Source: an uncultured archaeon
Lineage (GTDB): Archaea; Altiarchaeota; Altiarchaeia; JAFGQM01
Reading direction: 5' to 3'
Assembly: GCA_964592405.1 (NCBI GenBank)
Contig: CAZQBY010000009.1
Location: forward strand, 3,585-19,986
DNA: 16,402 nucleotides
The notes beneath the pieces were generated by a model. The model had not been told where the DNA came from. It saw only the letters and a list, made by a program, of their open reading frames with translations, and ran no database searches. This document shows positions 14,043-16,402 of the stretch, piece by piece. Position 1 is the first letter of the stretch, and each line of letters opens with the position of its first letter. A program made the position numbers and the translations under genes.

Positions 14043-15241
14043 CAAGAGTTGCGGTGATAGGTTGTGGAGACGCCGGGCTGAGTGCGGCATTTGCAGCTGT
14101 GAAGCAGGGTGCCAAGGTAACAGTAATTTCTGATGAGAGGGTGTATTACCCCCGCTGCCCATTGCCCTACTACATCGGCGGCAAAATCAAAAGAAAGGAC
14201 CTCGTTGCCCCACTAGAGGCTATTTTCAAAGGTTCGAGAGTCAAGGTTGTGTTCGACCGGGCCTTGGAGATTAAAGATGGCACTGTAATCTGCGAGAAGG
14301 GGGAGGTGCCCTTCGACAAGGCCATCATCGCTACAGGCGGCAGGCCCAAGAGGATAGGCAACTCACTGACCCTGAGGACAATGGCAGATGCAGATGAGAT
14401 AAAGAGGCGTGCCAAGACTGAAAAGCCTGTCATAATCGGTGGCGGCATGCTGGGCTGTGAGCTTGCGGATGTGCTTGGCGGCAGGATTATAGAGGTCCAA
14501 GACCGGATACTCCCGAACTTTGACCCTGAATTTTCAGCAATCATAGAGAGGCTGCTTAGGAAGAGGGCAGATATCAAAACAGGAACCACAAAAATTCCGG
14601 AGTCTGGCTTTATGATAAGTGCAATCGGGGTAATCCCGGAAAGCGGGCTGGCAGAGAGGAGCGGGATAGAGACCAGCGAGTTTGGGATAAAAGTGGACAA
14701 CAGGCTGGAGACCAGCATGCCAGATGTCTATGCGGCCGGTGACTGCATTGAGGAAAAATGCTTCTTTACCAAAAAATCCATGCACTCCTATCTCGGGCCG
14801 CAAGCAGAGCGGCAGGGCGTCATAGCCGGGACGAACGCCGCTGGGGGAGACATGCGGTACGAGGGCTCGCTGAACGCCGTTGTAGCCAAGATATGCGGCT
14901 GCGAGATAGGGGTAGCGGGCATGTGCGGAGCGGATGCGAAAAAGCGCGGGATAGAGACGACCTGGGGCGTCGCGCGAACAAAGACCAAGCCGGAGTACGA
15001 CAAGACGGCGGAGGATCTGATGATCAAGATGCACTTCTCCGGAGAGAGGCTGGTCGGCTGCCAGGCCATTGGCGGAGAGGCGGTGGACGGCATCATAAAC
15101 CTGGCCAGCTACGCCATGCGGCACGGGGCAACTGTTGATGATTTGATCAACATGACATACTGCTTTTCACCGCCCGTATGCTCCGCCCCCAACCCAATCA
15201 TATCATGCGCCGAGAACGCTAAAAGGAGGATGAGAAGATGA
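14039..15241 (+). CDS. FAD-dependent pyridine-nucleotide disulfide oxidoreductase, single-Cys CoA-disulfide reductase / NADH oxidase-peroxidase family
   Basis: VAVIGCGDAG (FAD), YYPRCPLPYY (redox Cys), IATGG, IIGGGMLGCE (NAD), VYAAGDC and FSPP dimer motif; ATGA overlap with gcvH. Confidence 0.9.
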   Translation: MTRVAVIGCGDAGLSAAFAAVKQGAKVTVISDERVYYPRCPLPYYIGGKIKRKDLVAPLEAIFKGSRVKVVFDRALEIKDGTVICEKGEVPFDKAIIATGGRPKRIGNSLTLRTMADADEIKRRAKTEKPVIIGGGMLGCELADVLGGRIIEVQDRILPNFDPEFSAIIERLLRKRADIKTGTTKIPESGFMISAIGVIPESGLAERSGIETSEFGIKVDNRLETSMPDVYAAGDCIEEKCFFTKKSMHSYLGPQAERQGVIAGTNAAGGDMRYEGSLNAVVAKICGCEIGVAGMCGADAKKRGIETTWGVARTKTKPEYDKTAEDLMIKMHFSGERLVGCQAIGGEAVDGIINLASYAMRHGATVDDLINMTYCFSPPVCSAPNPIISCAENAKRRMRR

Positions 15242-15573
15242 CTAAGATGAAAGAAAAACTGGATGAGGTTATGTCAACTGTGCAGCGCGTTATGAAGGAG
15301 AAGCCAAAGCAGGCAGGCGCCTTCATGGAATTCATAGAAAAGGCGGAAGGGAAGGGCGCGCTGGATGTCAAGACAAAGGAGCTGATATCTGTGGCACTCT
15401 CGATAGCAGAGCACTGCGAATGGTGCATAGCCTTCCATGTGAAGAACGCCCTTGAGGCCGGGGCAACCAGGGATGAGATAATGGAGGCCTGTCTTGTGGC
15501 TGTTGTCATGGGCGGTGGGCCATCGCTGATGTACATCAAACCAGTCATAGATGCAATCGATGAGTTCTCCTAA
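15238..15573 (+). CDS. Carboxymuconolactone decarboxylase / AhpD-like protein with CxxC
   Basis: GALDVKTKELISVALSIAEHCEWCIAFHVKNALEAGATRDEI...MGGGP; ATGA overlap. Confidence 0.92.
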   Translation: MTKMKEKLDEVMSTVQRVMKEKPKQAGAFMEFIEKAEGKGALDVKTKELISVALSIAEHCEWCIAFHVKNALEAGATRDEIMEACLVAVVMGGGPSLMYIKPVIDAIDEFS

Positions 15574-16402
15574 ACCTCCATGGTTGGATATAAGGCTGCC
15601 CTCAGGAGAAGGCTATTTCAACCTAGTAAGACTTCTCAGGGAGAATAACCTTCATACTGTGTGTCAGGAGGCGAACTGCCCCAACATTGCAGAGTGCTTC
15701 GGGAAGCGGACGGCGACATTCATGATACTGGGCGACACGTGCACCAGGAACTGCGCGTATTGCGGTGTGAAGCACGGCAGACCTTCGGACGTTGACAGCG
15801 GGGAGCCTTCGCGCATAGCGCGCGCAGTATGGGAGCTGGGATTGCGCTACGTTGTCATAACCTCTGTGACGCGCGATGATTTGGAGGACGGCGGAGCGTC
15901 CATGTTCGCACGCACCATAGGCGAGATAAGGCGGCTCAATCCAGGGTGCAAAGTGGAGGTGCTCATACCGGATTTTCAAGGCAATGAGAAGGCGCTTGAA
16001 AAGGTCCTGCAGGCGCGCCCCGACGTCCTGAACCACAACATTGAGGTCGTGAAGCGGCTGTTCCCCCTTATGCGCGCGCAGGGAGACTACAAGAGGTCGC
16101 TTGAGGTCCTGAAAAAAGCCAGGGGGTGTAGCATAACCAAGTCCGGCTTCATGGTCGGACTGGGGGAGACGAAAGAAGAGATTATCAGCACCATGGAGGA
16201 CTTGTGCGGTTTAGCCGACATACTGACAATCGGCCAGTACCTCCGGCCCTCTGAGGGGCATGCCAGGGTTTTTAGGTACTACACGCCGGATGAGTTTGAA
16301 GAGCTGAAACAAGCGGGTCTTGAGATGGGTTTCAGGCATGTGGAGGCGGGGCCTCTTGTTAGGAGCTCTTATCATGCGGAAGACTATGGCAGTCTCTTGT
16401 AA
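15560..16402 (+). CDS. lipA: Lipoyl synthase (radical SAM)
   Basis: KPPWL, CX4CX5C (CQEANCPNIAEC), CX3CX2C (CTRNCAYC), VVITSVTRDDL, NHNIE, TIGQYL and RSSY motifs. Confidence 0.97.
   Translation: MSSPKPPWLDIRLPSGEGYFNLVRLLRENNLHTVCQEANCPNIAECFGKRTATFMILGDTCTRNCAYCGVKHGRPSDVDSGEPSRIARAVWELGLRYVVITSVTRDDLEDGGASMFARTIGEIRRLNPGCKVEVLIPDFQGNEKALEKVLQARPDVLNHNIEVVKRLFPLMRAQGDYKRSLEVLKKARGCSITKSGFMVGLGETKEEIISTMEDLCGLADILTIGQYLRPSEGHARVFRYYTPDEFEELKQAGLEMGFRHVEAGPLVRSSYHAEDYGSLL

Noticed and set aside
13665-16402. Ordinary glycine cleavage or pyruvate dehydrogenase operon
   Set aside because: No P, T, E1 or E2 genes are in the window and the flavoprotein lacks the Lpd CxxxxC motif. This cannot be fully excluded because the window ends at the lipA stop.

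Overview
Gene-dense archaeal chromosomal window. Evidence for this: archaeal-type PGK, an Lrp regulator, TATA/BRE-like promoters, several apparently leaderless genes and DPANN-style Cys-rich surface-protein modules; the lineage assignment is an inference. The left half holds an HD-domain phosphohydrolase, a 60-aa orphan, a stand-alone LigD 3'-phosphoesterase, a membrane-anchored Cys-module/thioredoxin-fold protein, pgk, an Lrp/AsnC regulator, a hypothetical gene, a COG2426-type membrane protein and a PurM/ThiL/SelD-superfamily enzyme. The centre holds a 911-aa surface protein with more than 100 Cys in several repeat families, plus nth. The most interesting part is 10497-16402. A membrane-anchored winged-HTH regulator with an external CxC loop lies divergent, across a perfect palindrome, from a tightly coupled six-gene operon: exported thioredoxin, 2xTrx-DsbD/CcdA-like membrane protein, GcvH-like lipoyl carrier, single-Cys flavin disulfide reductase, AhpD/CMD and LipA. 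This looks like a lipoate-based thiol-redox relay coupled to trans-membrane electron export. No RNA genes, CRISPR arrays or mobile elements were recognised.
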